From NCBI GenBank assembly GCA_029946065.1, contig JAQSDU010000004.1, positions 35,201 through 99,200 on the forward strand: a DNA stretch of 64,000 nucleotides. The letters run 5' to 3'. Below the pieces are notes generated by a model. That model did no database searches. It was given only the letters and a program-made list of their open reading frames with translations, and was not told the origin of the DNA. This stretch comes from Flavobacterium sp. GTDB taxonomy: Bacteria > Bacteroidota > Bacteroidia > Flavobacteriales > Flavobacteriaceae. This document shows, in pieces, positions 53,022-62,405 of this stretch. Both the position numbers and the translations under genes were made by a program. Position 1 is the stretch's first letter. Each line of letters opens with the position of its first letter.

Positions 53022-54510
53022 CTGTACTGGGTTTTCTTTTGATCTGGTTAAGAACAAAAGCAACATTTTGGTTCTTTAAAAAAAGAAGAATGAAAAGGGA
53101 CAAGCAAATTAAAAATAAACCTGCAAACCACCAATTGTTATGACCGTTAAAAAGGGCGGTTGCGGTTTTAAATCCGAAAATGCTATATAAAAAAGCCATC
53201 AGTAACAATTGCAGATCATTGCTGTTCAGCAGTTCTTTCCATTGGATTTTATTTTTGATTTGGTACGAATATACAACAATGAGCGATCCAATGGAGAACG
53301 CCAGGTTCCACGCAATTACGACGCCAAATTCCTTAAAAAAAAGTCCGAAAACATAACAAAACAGTGCATTGATGACTGTTATGGCAAAATAAGAATAAAT
53401 CAGCCAGTTGAGTTGGCCTTCTCCCAAATAACTAAAATACGCCGGATTGCTGCAGATATTAATGAAAACGGCAATGCAATTCAGCACAACGGCAAATATA
53501 AAAAATGGAACAATTTCACCAATCCAAAAATAAGAAATCAACGGCGTCATGACGATGATTCCAGAAACCAACAGAATATTTAAGATAAAAACAATCGAAA
53601 AAGTCTTCAAATACAGTGATTTAATGTAGCCGGTGTTGTTTTCTTTTGCTTCGGCAACAATCGGAATGACCACCTGATTGGCGCTTACAATCAAGCTTCT
53701 GAATTGTGAAACCAACCGATTGGCCATTTCATAATAACCCACCATCGCCACGCCGCCAAACTTGCTTAACATTACTTTTGTTATCGGCTCAAACGACATT
53801 TGCATTATCGATAGCGCTTGCATTTTCAGGCCGTAATCAATAATTTCTTTGAATAGTGTTTTTGACCAGTTCCATTTTAAAGTGAAAATGCCCGGAACAG
53901 ACCGTGCAATAAAAAACACCGAAATAAGCAAAACAAGGATGCCTTGAAAAATCTGTGCGAAAACCAATCCCTTTAAGCCGTAGTCTTTCGTCAGCAACAT
54001 GCTTAAAACAAGCAAAATCAGCGCCGAAAAACTCAAGATGTAGCTTTTGATGTAATTCTTCTGAATACCGTCAAGACAGCTGCTTATAACGCCTCCTAGC
54101 GCATTGATGATCAAACTGATTAAAGAATAGGGCAGGATCTCTTGCGCAACGGCGACATATTTTTTTTCAATGACATAAGGCAGAATAAAATTTCCGAAGA
54201 CTAGAATCAGCAGGGAAATGATAGTGTAGGTTACAATAATAAAGACAGAAGACGTAAAAATAAGTTTTTTCAGGCTTTCCAAATCGCCCCGAGTATGATA
54301 CGTTGCAACAAATTTGATGATGCTCGTACTGATTCCAAAATTAGCAATCAATGCTACCGAAGTTGTAGCAATAATAAGCGACCAAACACCCAATAATTCG
54401 ATTCCAATGGTATCCTTTAGGTAACGATAAAGCACCAAATAGGTAATTCCTACTGCTATTACCTGGCCAACTGCAGAAAGAGAATTGATGACTAATCGAG
54501 AGTTTTTCAA
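53011..54510 (-). CDS. wzx: Wzx-type oligosaccharide flippase (polysaccharide biosynthesis protein family)
   Basis: 499 aa with about 12-14 TM segments and the N-terminus LSAVGQVIAVGITYLVLYRYL typical of the family. Its locus context supports the call. Confidence 0.7.
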   Translation of the reverse strand: MKNSRLVINSLSAVGQVIAVGITYLVLYRYLKDTIGIELLGVWSLIIATTSVALIANFGISTSIIKFVATYHTRGDLESLKKLIFTSSVFIIVTYTIISLLILVFGNFILPYVIEKKYVAVAQEILPYSLISLIINALGGVISSCLDGIQKNYIKSYILSFSALILLVLSMLLTKDYGLKGLVFAQIFQGILVLLISVFFIARSVPGIFTLKWNWSKTLFKEIIDYGLKMQALSIMQMSFEPITKVMLSKFGGVAMVGYYEMANRLVSQFRSLIVSANQVVIPIVAEAKENNTGYIKSLYLKTFSIVFILNILLVSGIIVMTPLISYFWIGEIVPFFIFAVVLNCIAVFINICSNPAYFSYLGEGQLNWLIYSYFAITVINALFCYVFGLFFKEFGVVIAWNLAFSIGSLIVVYSYQIKNKIQWKELLNSNDLQLLLMAFLYSIFGFKTATALFNGHNNWWFAGLFLICLSLFILLFLKNQNVAFVLNQIKRKPSTDVK

Positions 54511-54515
54511 AAGGC

Positions 54516-55460
54516 TTATTTTTTATTGCGCATTAGTGTTTCCATCTGTGCTACCCGAACATTCCAGTTGTGATGGTTTTTTAATATTGCATAATTTTTC
54601 TCGATCAGCGGAATATAACTGTCAAAATTTTCCAAGATCGTTTCAATCTGCTCAATCGGATTTTCATCGTCAATTTCGACAATCGGATTGTAATCAAATA
54701 AATACTTCATATCATCGGGTAATTTGCCCAAAATTAAGCATTTTGAAGCCATCGATTGTAAATACCGGTTTGTTATGGTTGATATGTTACCCGTTATTTC
54801 AGGATGTGTAATGAAAGAAGGCACGCAAATCGAAATTTTAGCATTGGCAATCCCGTTTATAAATGCTTCACGGGTTTTAAAAATAATCTGCCCCGGTTTT
54901 TTCTCGTATTTGTAAACGAGTTTTTCCTCAATGGGTTTTATTTTTTCGTGGTATTCGTTCCACTTTCGGCCCAATTGCAAAACATCGATTGTTCTTTCTT
55001 GGTATGGAATAAAATTATAATTATCAACATCAACCGCTTCCGGAACCCAAAAAGCTTTAAAGTTTTTGATGTTTAGCGTATTAAAATATTCCGATGATTG
55101 CTTGCTTGCAGTAAAAAGATTGTTGATTTCGTAACTACGAATGGATTTTTCGATAGCATTAAAGCAAGGTTCCCAAGCATCATACATCCATAGGGATTTT
55201 GAAGTGGCCTTGTAATGAAAATATGGAAAAAATTTCTCTTTCTGATAGCCGATAACGACGTAATTTTTTTCTTTTTTAAACGGAAATTTTATGACCGGAA
55301 ATCGTTTTAAAAGCTGCCGAATGATTCTTGCACTTTTGTCTCCAACGCCATTGACAACTTCCCAGGTTCCGTTTTCAATTATTTTTTTCTCAAACTCATG
55401 GTATAAATCCATTGAGACATGATGGTTGTAGTTGGTCTTGACTAAAGTGAAAATCTTCAT
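54516..55460 (-). CDS. Putative glycosyltransferase (CgeB-like / Glyco_trans_1_2-like)
   Basis: 314 aa and soluble. The C-terminal half has a GT-B-like pattern (...ISICVPSF...NRYLQSMASKCLILGK...). The call is weak and made from memory. Confidence 0.4.
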   Translation of the reverse strand: MKIFTLVKTNYNHHVSMDLYHEFEKKIIENGTWEVVNGVGDKSARIIRQLLKRFPVIKFPFKKEKNYVVIGYQKEKFFPYFHYKATSKSLWMYDAWEPCFNAIEKSIRSYEINNLFTASKQSSEYFNTLNIKNFKAFWVPEAVDVDNYNFIPYQERTIDVLQLGRKWNEYHEKIKPIEEKLVYKYEKKPGQIIFKTREAFINGIANAKISICVPSFITHPEITGNISTITNRYLQSMASKCLILGKLPDDMKYLFDYNPIVEIDDENPIEQIETILENFDSYIPLIEKNYAILKNHHNWNVRVAQMETLMRNKK

Positions 55461-55470
55461 AATTAAGCTA

Positions 55471-56634
55471 TTATGAATTCAATACCGCAAACAAATGATC
55501 AATTTCAGCCTTTAACGGCACTTGATGATTGCCCACAAAAAAGCCTTTTTTGTCAAGATATTGCGCATTTTTCATTTCGCCAAAAATCTCGTAATCGAAA
55601 TATTTAAGTACTTCATTTTTGGTAAAATCGCCCGTAACGATCGGTCGGCAATCGATTCCATTGTCAAACAAAAGCTTTACAATCTCTTTTCTGTCGCGGT
55701 TGGATTCCGGTTTGATGATAAAACTGAATCCGAACCAACTGCTATTATCGGTGTTTTTCTGAATGATAAAATCTTTATGGTCTTTAAAAAGCGACACGAA
55801 ATAATCGGCATTTTCTCTTCTTTGTTCGATGAATCCGGGTAATTTTTTTACCTGTTCAACACCTATAGCGCCGCTCATTTCTACAGGGCGCACATTGAAT
55901 CCAGGCAATACAAACCGGAAAGATTCCTCAAACCAGTCGTCACTTTTATTAGAAACTTTATTTTCTTTTGGCAAATGGCGTGTCCATCCGTGGGCTCTTA
56001 TCGAAAGCAAAATATGGTAAATTTCTTCGTCGTCAGTAGAAATTAAACCGCCTTCCATCGTGGCAATATGATGCGAATAAAAAGAAGAATAAGTGCCTAC
56101 AAGTCCAAAAGTGCCCGCTTGTTTTCCTTTGTATTCTGCGCCCATAGACTCACAATTGTCTTCCATCAGGATGATATCTCGGTCGCCGATAATTTTGTTT
56201 ATGGCGTCAAAATCATTCGGATTTCCGAGCAGGTTGACCGCCAGAATCATTTTTGTTTCAGGAGAAACTGCTTTTTCAAGCTGCTCCAAATCGAAATTCA
56301 ACGTATTGATGTCGATGTCAACGAATTTTAATTTTAGTCCGTACTGATACAGCGGATAATAGGTCGTTGACCACGAAACTGCCGGAACAATTACTTCGTC
56401 GCCTCTTTTCAGCTTTGGATGTTTGGTATAAAAAAGTGCTGCGACAGCCAGTAAATTGGCGGAAGATCCAGAGTTGACCATCACACAGTATTTGGTGTTG
56501 AGAAATTTCGCAAAATCTTCTTCAAATTGCTTCACGCCTTCGCCCATCGTATAGATGTCTTTATCGATTACCGATTGGATCGCCTGAAGTTCTTTTTCGT
56601 CCCAAGTAGAGGAAGCTAACGGATATTTAATCAT
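55471..56634 (-). CDS. colD: GDP-4-keto-6-deoxy-D-mannose 3-dehydratase (ColD, colitose pathway)
   Basis: 388 aa from MIKYPLASSTWDEKELQAIQSV. It is near-collinear with my recollection of E. coli O55 ColD (MINYPLASSTWDDLEYKAIQSV...). It carries FYSHHIATMEGG, with His in place of the PLP-binding Lys of DegT-family aminotransferases. Its ATG overlaps the colC stop (ATGATTAA). Confidence 0.8.
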   Translation of the reverse strand: MIKYPLASSTWDEKELQAIQSVIDKDIYTMGEGVKQFEEDFAKFLNTKYCVMVNSGSSANLLAVAALFYTKHPKLKRGDEVIVPAVSWSTTYYPLYQYGLKLKFVDIDINTLNFDLEQLEKAVSPETKMILAVNLLGNPNDFDAINKIIGDRDIILMEDNCESMGAEYKGKQAGTFGLVGTYSSFYSHHIATMEGGLISTDDEEIYHILLSIRAHGWTRHLPKENKVSNKSDDWFEESFRFVLPGFNVRPVEMSGAIGVEQVKKLPGFIEQRRENADYFVSLFKDHKDFIIQKNTDNSSWFGFSFIIKPESNRDRKEIVKLLFDNGIDCRPIVTGDFTKNEVLKYFDYEIFGEMKNAQYLDKKGFFVGNHQVPLKAEIDHLFAVLNS

Positions 56635-57553
56635 GGAGTACGGCTGTTTTATAAAATTCGTATGTTTTTTGAAGTCCTTCTTCGAGACTGGTTTGGTGTT
56701 GCCAGCCAAATTGTTGCAAGTTGGAATCGTCGATTAATTTTTGCTGCATGCCGATTGGTTTTGACAAGTCGTGGACAAACGTTCCTTCGTATCCAATGAC
56801 TTTTGCAATGGCTTGATAATATTCGTTTATCGTATAATCAAAACCCAATCCAACGTTAATATTTTGTGGCATTTTGTCGAAATTCGCAATGGCATAAAAG
56901 ATAAAATCGGCAAGATCACCGGCATACATGAATTCGCGGCGCGCTTTTCCGTCGCCCCAAATGTCAAGTGTTTCAGCGCCATTGGCTTTTGCTTCGTAGA
57001 TTTTTTTGATCACTGCCGGCACCATGTGAGAATGTTCTGGAGAAAATTTGTCGAAACGCCCATAAAGGTTCGACGGAATTATCGTTTTATAATGAAAACT
57101 ATCGTCTTCTTTGTGGATGTATTCGCACAAGCGCGTCGTCATGATTTTCGCCAGAGCATACCCTTCATTCGTAGGTTCGAGTTCGCCTTTTAGGATGAGT
57201 TCTTCGCTTAGCGGATTTTCGGCATTTCGGGGATACATGCAGGAACTGGAAAGGTTGATAAAATTTTTGACGTTATTATTTTTGGCCGCCATAATGATGT
57301 TTTTTCCCATCTCAAGATTGTTCACCAAAAAAAGCACAGGATTGGCGATATTCGCTTGAATGCCACCAACGTGTCCAGCAGCGTGAATGATAAAATCAGG
57401 TTGATGCAGCGCGATATAATTGAATACAACTTCATAATCCATCAGGTTGAGTTCCTTGCTGGACGGTTTTAGAAACTCCAATTGTCCGGCTGTTGCATGT
57501 TCAAGAATATTTTTCCCCACCATGCCGTTGGCACCTGTTAATAGAATTTTCAT
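56627..57553 (-). CDS. colC: GDP-L-fucose-synthase-family SDR, likely GDP-L-colitose synthase (ColC)
   Basis: 308 aa with KILLTGANGMVG, the SSSCMYP catalytic Ser/Cys region and YALAK (YxxxK). Its position between gmd and colD supports the ColC assignment. Confidence 0.65.
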   Translation of the reverse strand: MKILLTGANGMVGKNILEHATAGQLEFLKPSSKELNLMDYEVVFNYIALHQPDFIIHAAGHVGGIQANIANPVLFLVNNLEMGKNIIMAAKNNNVKNFINLSSSCMYPRNAENPLSEELILKGELEPTNEGYALAKIMTTRLCEYIHKEDDSFHYKTIIPSNLYGRFDKFSPEHSHMVPAVIKKIYEAKANGAETLDIWGDGKARREFMYAGDLADFIFYAIANFDKMPQNINVGLGFDYTINEYYQAIAKVIGYEGTFVHDLSKPIGMQQKLIDDSNLQQFGWQHQTSLEEGLQKTYEFYKTAVLHD

Positions 57554-57556
57554 ATT

Positions 57557-58642
57557 TTATTCGAAACGTTTCAATGATTCCCTATCGGAAAATTTCCTGA
57601 CGTATTCGATGTCGTGTTGCATCATGATTTTTACCAAATCCTCAAAAGAAGTCTGTCTTGGGTTCCAGCCCAATTGCGTTCTTGCTTTGGTTGGATCGCC
57701 CAAAAGGGTTTCTACTTCGGCCGGGCGGTAATATTTCGGGTCGATTTCTATGAGTACTTTTCCGGTTTTTTTACAGATTCCCTTTTCGTTCTCATTTTCC
57801 CCAACCCATTCCAATTCGATTTCGATTTCTTTGAATGCGAGTTCACAAAAAGTCCTAACAGAATATTGTTCGCCGGTTGCAATGACATAATCTTCAGGAA
57901 CGTCCTGCTGCAGCATTAGCCACATGCATTCGACATAATCTTTTGCATAACCCCAATCTCTTTTGGCGTTCAGGTTACCGAGATACAATTTGTCTTGGAT
58001 GCCCAAAGCGATTCTTGAAGCCGAAAGAGTTATTTTTCTGGTGACAAAAGTTTCGCCTCTTCTTTCAGATTCGTGGTTAAAAAGAATCCCGTTTACGGCA
58101 AACATATTGTAGGATTCGCGGTAGTTTTTGGTAATCCAAAATGCATAAATCTTGGCAACCCCATAAGGCGATCTAGGATAGAACGGTGTGGTTTCCTTTT
58201 GCGGAATTTCCTGTACTTTCCCGAACAATTCGGATGTTGATGCCTGATAGATCTTTGTGGTTTCCGTAAGGCCGCAAATGCGAATTGCCTCTAACAAGCG
58301 CAATGTTCCGATACCGTCTGTTTCGGCAGTATATTCGGGCAATTCAAACGATACTTTTACGTGTGACTGCGCTGCAAGATTGTATATTTCGTCTGGTTTT
58401 ATCTGTTGCACCAACCGGATGAGGTTGGTAGCGTCGGTCATATCACCGTAGTGAAGCGAAATTTTTTGTTTTTTATGCAAGTCCTGTATCAAAGTATCGA
58501 TGTACAGGTGTTCAATTCTTTCGGTATTGAAAGTCGAGCTTCTTCTGATGATGCCATGAACTTCGTATCCTTTTTGCAATAACAATTCTGCCAAATAAGA
58601 TCCGTCCTGGCCGTTTATGCCCGTAATTAATGCTTTTTTCAT
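57557..58642 (-). CDS. gmd: GDP-mannose 4,6-dehydratase
   Basis: 361 aa with [39 protein letters not shown] and [10 protein letters not shown]. Confidence 0.95.
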   Translation of the reverse strand: MKKALITGINGQDGSYLAELLLQKGYEVHGIIRRSSTFNTERIEHLYIDTLIQDLHKKQKISLHYGDMTDATNLIRLVQQIKPDEIYNLAAQSHVKVSFELPEYTAETDGIGTLRLLEAIRICGLTETTKIYQASTSELFGKVQEIPQKETTPFYPRSPYGVAKIYAFWITKNYRESYNMFAVNGILFNHESERRGETFVTRKITLSASRIALGIQDKLYLGNLNAKRDWGYAKDYVECMWLMLQQDVPEDYVIATGEQYSVRTFCELAFKEIEIELEWVGENENEKGICKKTGKVLIEIDPKYYRPAEVETLLGDPTKARTQLGWNPRQTSFEDLVKIMMQHDIEYVRKFSDRESLKRFE

Positions 58643-58663
58643 TGTCTGATTGGAAATATTTTA

Positions 58664-58671
58664 CAAATATA
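58664..58671 (-). promoter_or_regulatory. Candidate -7 box TATATTTG for the gmd operon
   Basis: The reverse complement of CAAATATA matches TAnnTTTG. It lies 22 nt upstream of the gmd ATG (58642). Confidence 0.5.
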
Positions 58672-58776
58672 TAATAAACGTAAAATTTCCTTTCAATATT
58701 TCAGGGAAGATTTGTTAAATTAAAATTCTGATTCCGACAGTACAGAAGAATTATAGACCATTACGATTATCTTTAA

Positions 58777-58784
58777 TATATTTG
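58777..58784 (+). promoter_or_regulatory. Candidate -7 box TATATTTG
   Basis: Matches TAnnTTTG. It abuts ATG 58785, so if it is functional the true start is probably ATG 58803 (MSKAKQC). Confidence 0.4.
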
Positions 58785-60074
58785 ATGAATTTTCAGCCCA
58801 CTATGAGTAAAGCAAAACAATGCATTGCATTTCTGTTTATCGCAATTCTATTATTGGACATTTATCTTTTTTCTTTTAGGATAAATATTATAATCCAGCT
58901 ATCATTTATTGCATTTCTGTATTTTTCGTCCGGAATTAAATTGGTTCCGGTTTCATTCATTAGACTGCTTTTGCCTTTATTTGCCGTTTTGCTCATTGGT
59001 TTCATCGGTTCAATGCTCCATAAATATACATTAGGAGATATTATAAAAGATTTACTTCATATTATTAAGCCTATTGCCGGAATAACAATAGGATATTTTG
59101 TTTTCAGGATCATTGATGATTATCGGATTTTTATAAAAATTATTATCGTTACGGGTCTTGTTACAGCTTTAATCCACCTTGGCTCCATATTTTTATTTAC
59201 CAATTTTTTAGGTTCCGATATCAGTGCAATAAGAGGGAAATATTTTTTGGATAATTTTCTAGAAATCTTCGCTTTTATAATGCTTGTTTTTTCTCCAAAA
59301 GAGTTTGAAATGCCTTTGTTTGAAAAGAAAGTTTATAACAAGGTAATACTGGCAGTACTTACTGTTTCGATCCTGCTGTATTTTTCAAGATCAATGTTTG
59401 TTGTTATCATTATCATGGCATTGTCTTCCTATGGATTTACAAGAATTAATGGGAAGTCATTAAAAATAATAGGTGTTTTGTTGATAACAGTATTTCTTTT
59501 CTATGGCTACCTATTTTCTATTAAATTAAATAGGGAATCGAAAGGTATTGAAGGCTTCATGTATAAAATAAAAAATGCGCCTTCAGAAATCTTCAACGCA
59601 TCAATAGACCGCGAAAACCATCAGGATTTGTGGGACCACTGGAGGGGTTATGAAGCAAAAAGGGCATTTGCATTGATGCACGACAATCCGAGCAGTTACA
59701 TTTTTGGTGCGGGACACGGCTCTTTGGTGAATTTAAAGTTTGTTGCACCATTAGGCGATGGCGACGGAATGAAATATATTTCGTCATTGCACAACGGATA
59801 TGTATTCATTTTTTACAAAACAGGCGTTCTGGGATTGTTTTTTTTATTGACTTTTCTTTTGAGGCTATATATGTTCCTATATCGAAAACAAGTAAGTCCG
59901 ACACACAAATTTGTACTGAACGTAATTTCTACGATAGGAATTTTTTACTTGTTTTCAACGGTAATTATCACAGGCATTTATATTCCGAAAGACTCGGTTA
60001 TACTTATTTTGGGGGGATTGTTGTTTTTTGAAAGAAAAATGAGAATGGTTGCGCCTATAAATGAAGCAATATGA
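58785..60074 (+). CDS. O-antigen polymerase/ligase-family (Wzy_C-like) membrane protein 1
   Basis: About 429 aa with at least 10 TM segments. A periplasmic loop carries ...SSLHNGYVFIFYKTGVLGLFF, the HN.Y...G..G Wzy_C-like motif. The start is uncertain (58785 or 58803). Confidence 0.6.
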   Translation: MNFQPTMSKAKQCIAFLFIAILLLDIYLFSFRINIIIQLSFIAFLYFSSGIKLVPVSFIRLLLPLFAVLLIGFIGSMLHKYTLGDIIKDLLHIIKPIAGITIGYFVFRIIDDYRIFIKIIIVTGLVTALIHLGSIFLFTNFLGSDISAIRGKYFLDNFLEIFAFIMLVFSPKEFEMPLFEKKVYNKVILAVLTVSILLYFSRSMFVVIIIMALSSYGFTRINGKSLKIIGVLLITVFLFYGYLFSIKLNRESKGIEGFMYKIKNAPSEIFNASIDRENHQDLWDHWRGYEAKRAFALMHDNPSSYIFGAGHGSLVNLKFVAPLGDGDGMKYISSLHNGYVFIFYKTGVLGLFFLLTFLLRLYMFLYRKQVSPTHKFVLNVISTIGIFYLFSTVIITGIYIPKDSVILILGGLLFFERKMRMVAPINEAI

Positions 60075-61237
60075 TTAATATTTTATTCATACACCAGTCA
60101 GCAGAGCTTTATGGTTCAGACAAAACATTATTATTACTGTTAAAACACCTCGATAGGGCAAAATTTAACCCGGTTGTAGTTTTACCCAGTGAAGGTCCTT
60201 TACAAATAGAACTGCAAAAACACGACATAAAAGTTGTTGTGGCGCCGGTACTCAAACTTTACAGGAAAATATTTACGCCTAAAAACATTTTTCTTTTTTT
60301 TAAAGAGATTAAAAAAGCTTTTTCAATCTTAGATAATCTGAACAATGAATATCATTTTGACATCATATATTCCAATACGTTAGCGGTATTATTGGGAATG
60401 ATATATGCTAAAAAAAGAAAGATAAAACATATCTGGCATGTGCACGAAATTATAGCATCTCCGAAAATCTTTAAAAAAAGTTTCTCCAAGTTGTTATCCC
60501 TCGATTCAACAACGAAAATTGTATACAATTCTATTGCGACACAGCATTTTTGGAATGTAAGCAATACCATAAAAAACAAATCGAAAGTCATATGGAATGG
60601 CTTGGAAATCGACGAAAATTTTATTTCAGAACAAGAGAAATATAGTATCAGGAAAAATTTATTACATGCCGATGAAGAGATTGTAATAGCGCTAATAGGA
60701 AGAATAAGCAGATGGAAAGGGCAACAATTATTGCTAAAAACATTCTATGAATTGTCTAAAAACTTCAAGAACATCAAACTTCTTTTTGTTGGGTCTGTTC
60801 CTCCAAATCAGGAGATTTTTCTAGAAAATTTAAAAAACAATATTGAGGCATTAGCGCTTTCAGAAAAAGTTATAATCTTACCTTTTCAACAGCAAATCGC
60901 TAAAATATGGCAGTCCATCGATATCGCCGTTGTTCCATCAATTGAGCCGGAACCATTTGGTTTAGTAGCGGTTGAGGCGATGCTGGCAAAAAAACCTGTT
61001 GTAGCCTCAGACCACGGGGGGTTATCTGAAATAATCATCAATGATGAAACAGGGTTTTTAGTGGAGCCGAATAATGAAACAGCACTTTATGAAGCTATCT
61101 GCAAACTGATCGCAAATCCAGAAATGAGGAATTCATTTGGAGAAAAAGGCTTCAAAAGAGCCGTTAATGAATTTGGCGTCGAAAATTATACAGCACAGTT
61201 TGAAAATTTATTCATAGAAATAGAGGGCATCAGATAG
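60071..61237 (+). CDS. GT4 (GT-B fold) glycosyltransferase
   Basis: 388 aa. EPEPFGLVAVEAMLAKKPVVASDHGGLSEII is the EX7E region of the GT4 family. It overlaps the upstream stop by 4 nt. Confidence 0.85.
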   Translation: MINILFIHQSAELYGSDKTLLLLLKHLDRAKFNPVVVLPSEGPLQIELQKHDIKVVVAPVLKLYRKIFTPKNIFLFFKEIKKAFSILDNLNNEYHFDIIYSNTLAVLLGMIYAKKRKIKHIWHVHEIIASPKIFKKSFSKLLSLDSTTKIVYNSIATQHFWNVSNTIKNKSKVIWNGLEIDENFISEQEKYSIRKNLLHADEEIVIALIGRISRWKGQQLLLKTFYELSKNFKNIKLLFVGSVPPNQEIFLENLKNNIEALALSEKVIILPFQQQIAKIWQSIDIAVVPSIEPEPFGLVAVEAMLAKKPVVASDHGGLSEIIINDETGFLVEPNNETALYEAICKLIANPEMRNSFGEKGFKRAVNEFGVENYTAQFENLFIEIEGIR

Positions 61238-61307
61238 GGTTTCAAATATTCCAAAACACCAATAAAATTAAATTCCCTACTTTTGACCCCGAAAAAGAAT
61301 TCAGTCA

Positions 61308-62405
61308 ATGAAAATAGCAATTTTAGGAACCCGCGGCGTGCCCAATCATTACGGAGGTTTTGAGCAATTCGCAGAATTTTTCTCCTTATATCTTGCTGAA
61401 AATGGCCATGAAGTTTATGTTTATAATTCCCACAACCATCCCTATCAGGGAAAAACTTTCAAAGGCGTAAACCTTATTCATTGCTATGACCCTGAATTTA
61501 AAATCGGTACTGCCGGACAGTTTATTTACGACCTGAACTGCATCCTCGATTCCCGCAAACGAAATTTCGATATTATCCTGCAATTGGGCTATACGAGTAG
61601 CTCAGTTTGGTATTTCCTTTTACCCCAAAAGCCGCTGATTATCACCAATATGGATGGATTGGAATGGAAACGCACAAAATTTTCAAAACCGGTTCAGAAA
61701 GTATTGCAATTTGCCGAAAAACTCGCCGTTAAAAGCAGCGATTACTTGATTTCGGATTCATTGGGCATTCAAAAATATATAAAAGCAAAATACAATAAGG
61801 ATTCCACTTATATCGCTTATGGCGCCCACATTTTTGACAGTCCTGAAGAGGCAATTTTGGCAGCATATAACCTAGAAAAATTCCGCTACAACATGATTTT
61901 GGCCAGATTGGAGCCCGAAAACAACATCGAAACAATATTAGACGGCGTTGTTTTGAGCAATAATCAGGAAACGATTCTTGTTATAGGAAATCACAATACT
62001 AAATTTGGGAATTATTTAAAACAAAAATTCAGCGACAGCGAAAATATCCGTTTTGTAGGTGCAGTTTATAATATGAAGCACCTTGATAACCTGAGGTATT
62101 TTTCTAATCTTTACTTTCATGGTCATTCTGTTGGTGGCACCAATCCGTCATTATTGGAAGCAATGGCATCAAAAGCACTTATTGTTGCCCATAACAACGA
62201 TTTTAACAATGCTATTTTAAAGGAAAACGCATTTTATTTTAGCAATGCTGATGACGTAAAAAATATAGCATTAAAAATCAAAAAAAATGATAACTTGCAA
62301 TTCATCCAAAACAACTTTGACGCAATTGCAAACGAATTCAATTGGGAAAAAATAAATAGCGAATATCTACAATTATTTGAAAATGGCATCTCTGAAAATC
62401 AGTAA
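61308..62405 (+). CDS. DUF1972-type GT4 glycosyltransferase (rhamnosyltransferase-like)
   Basis: 365 aa. MKIAILGTRGVPNHYGGFEQFAE is the characteristic DUF1972 N-terminus. GGTNPSLLEAMA is the GT4 C-terminal motif. Confidence 0.7.
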   Translation: MKIAILGTRGVPNHYGGFEQFAEFFSLYLAENGHEVYVYNSHNHPYQGKTFKGVNLIHCYDPEFKIGTAGQFIYDLNCILDSRKRNFDIILQLGYTSSSVWYFLLPQKPLIITNMDGLEWKRTKFSKPVQKVLQFAEKLAVKSSDYLISDSLGIQKYIKAKYNKDSTYIAYGAHIFDSPEEAILAAYNLEKFRYNMILARLEPENNIETILDGVVLSNNQETILVIGNHNTKFGNYLKQKFSDSENIRFVGAVYNMKHLDNLRYFSNLYFHGHSVGGTNPSLLEAMASKALIVAHNNDFNNAILKENAFYFSNADDVKNIALKIKKNDNLQFIQNNFDAIANEFNWEKINSEYLQLFENGISENQ

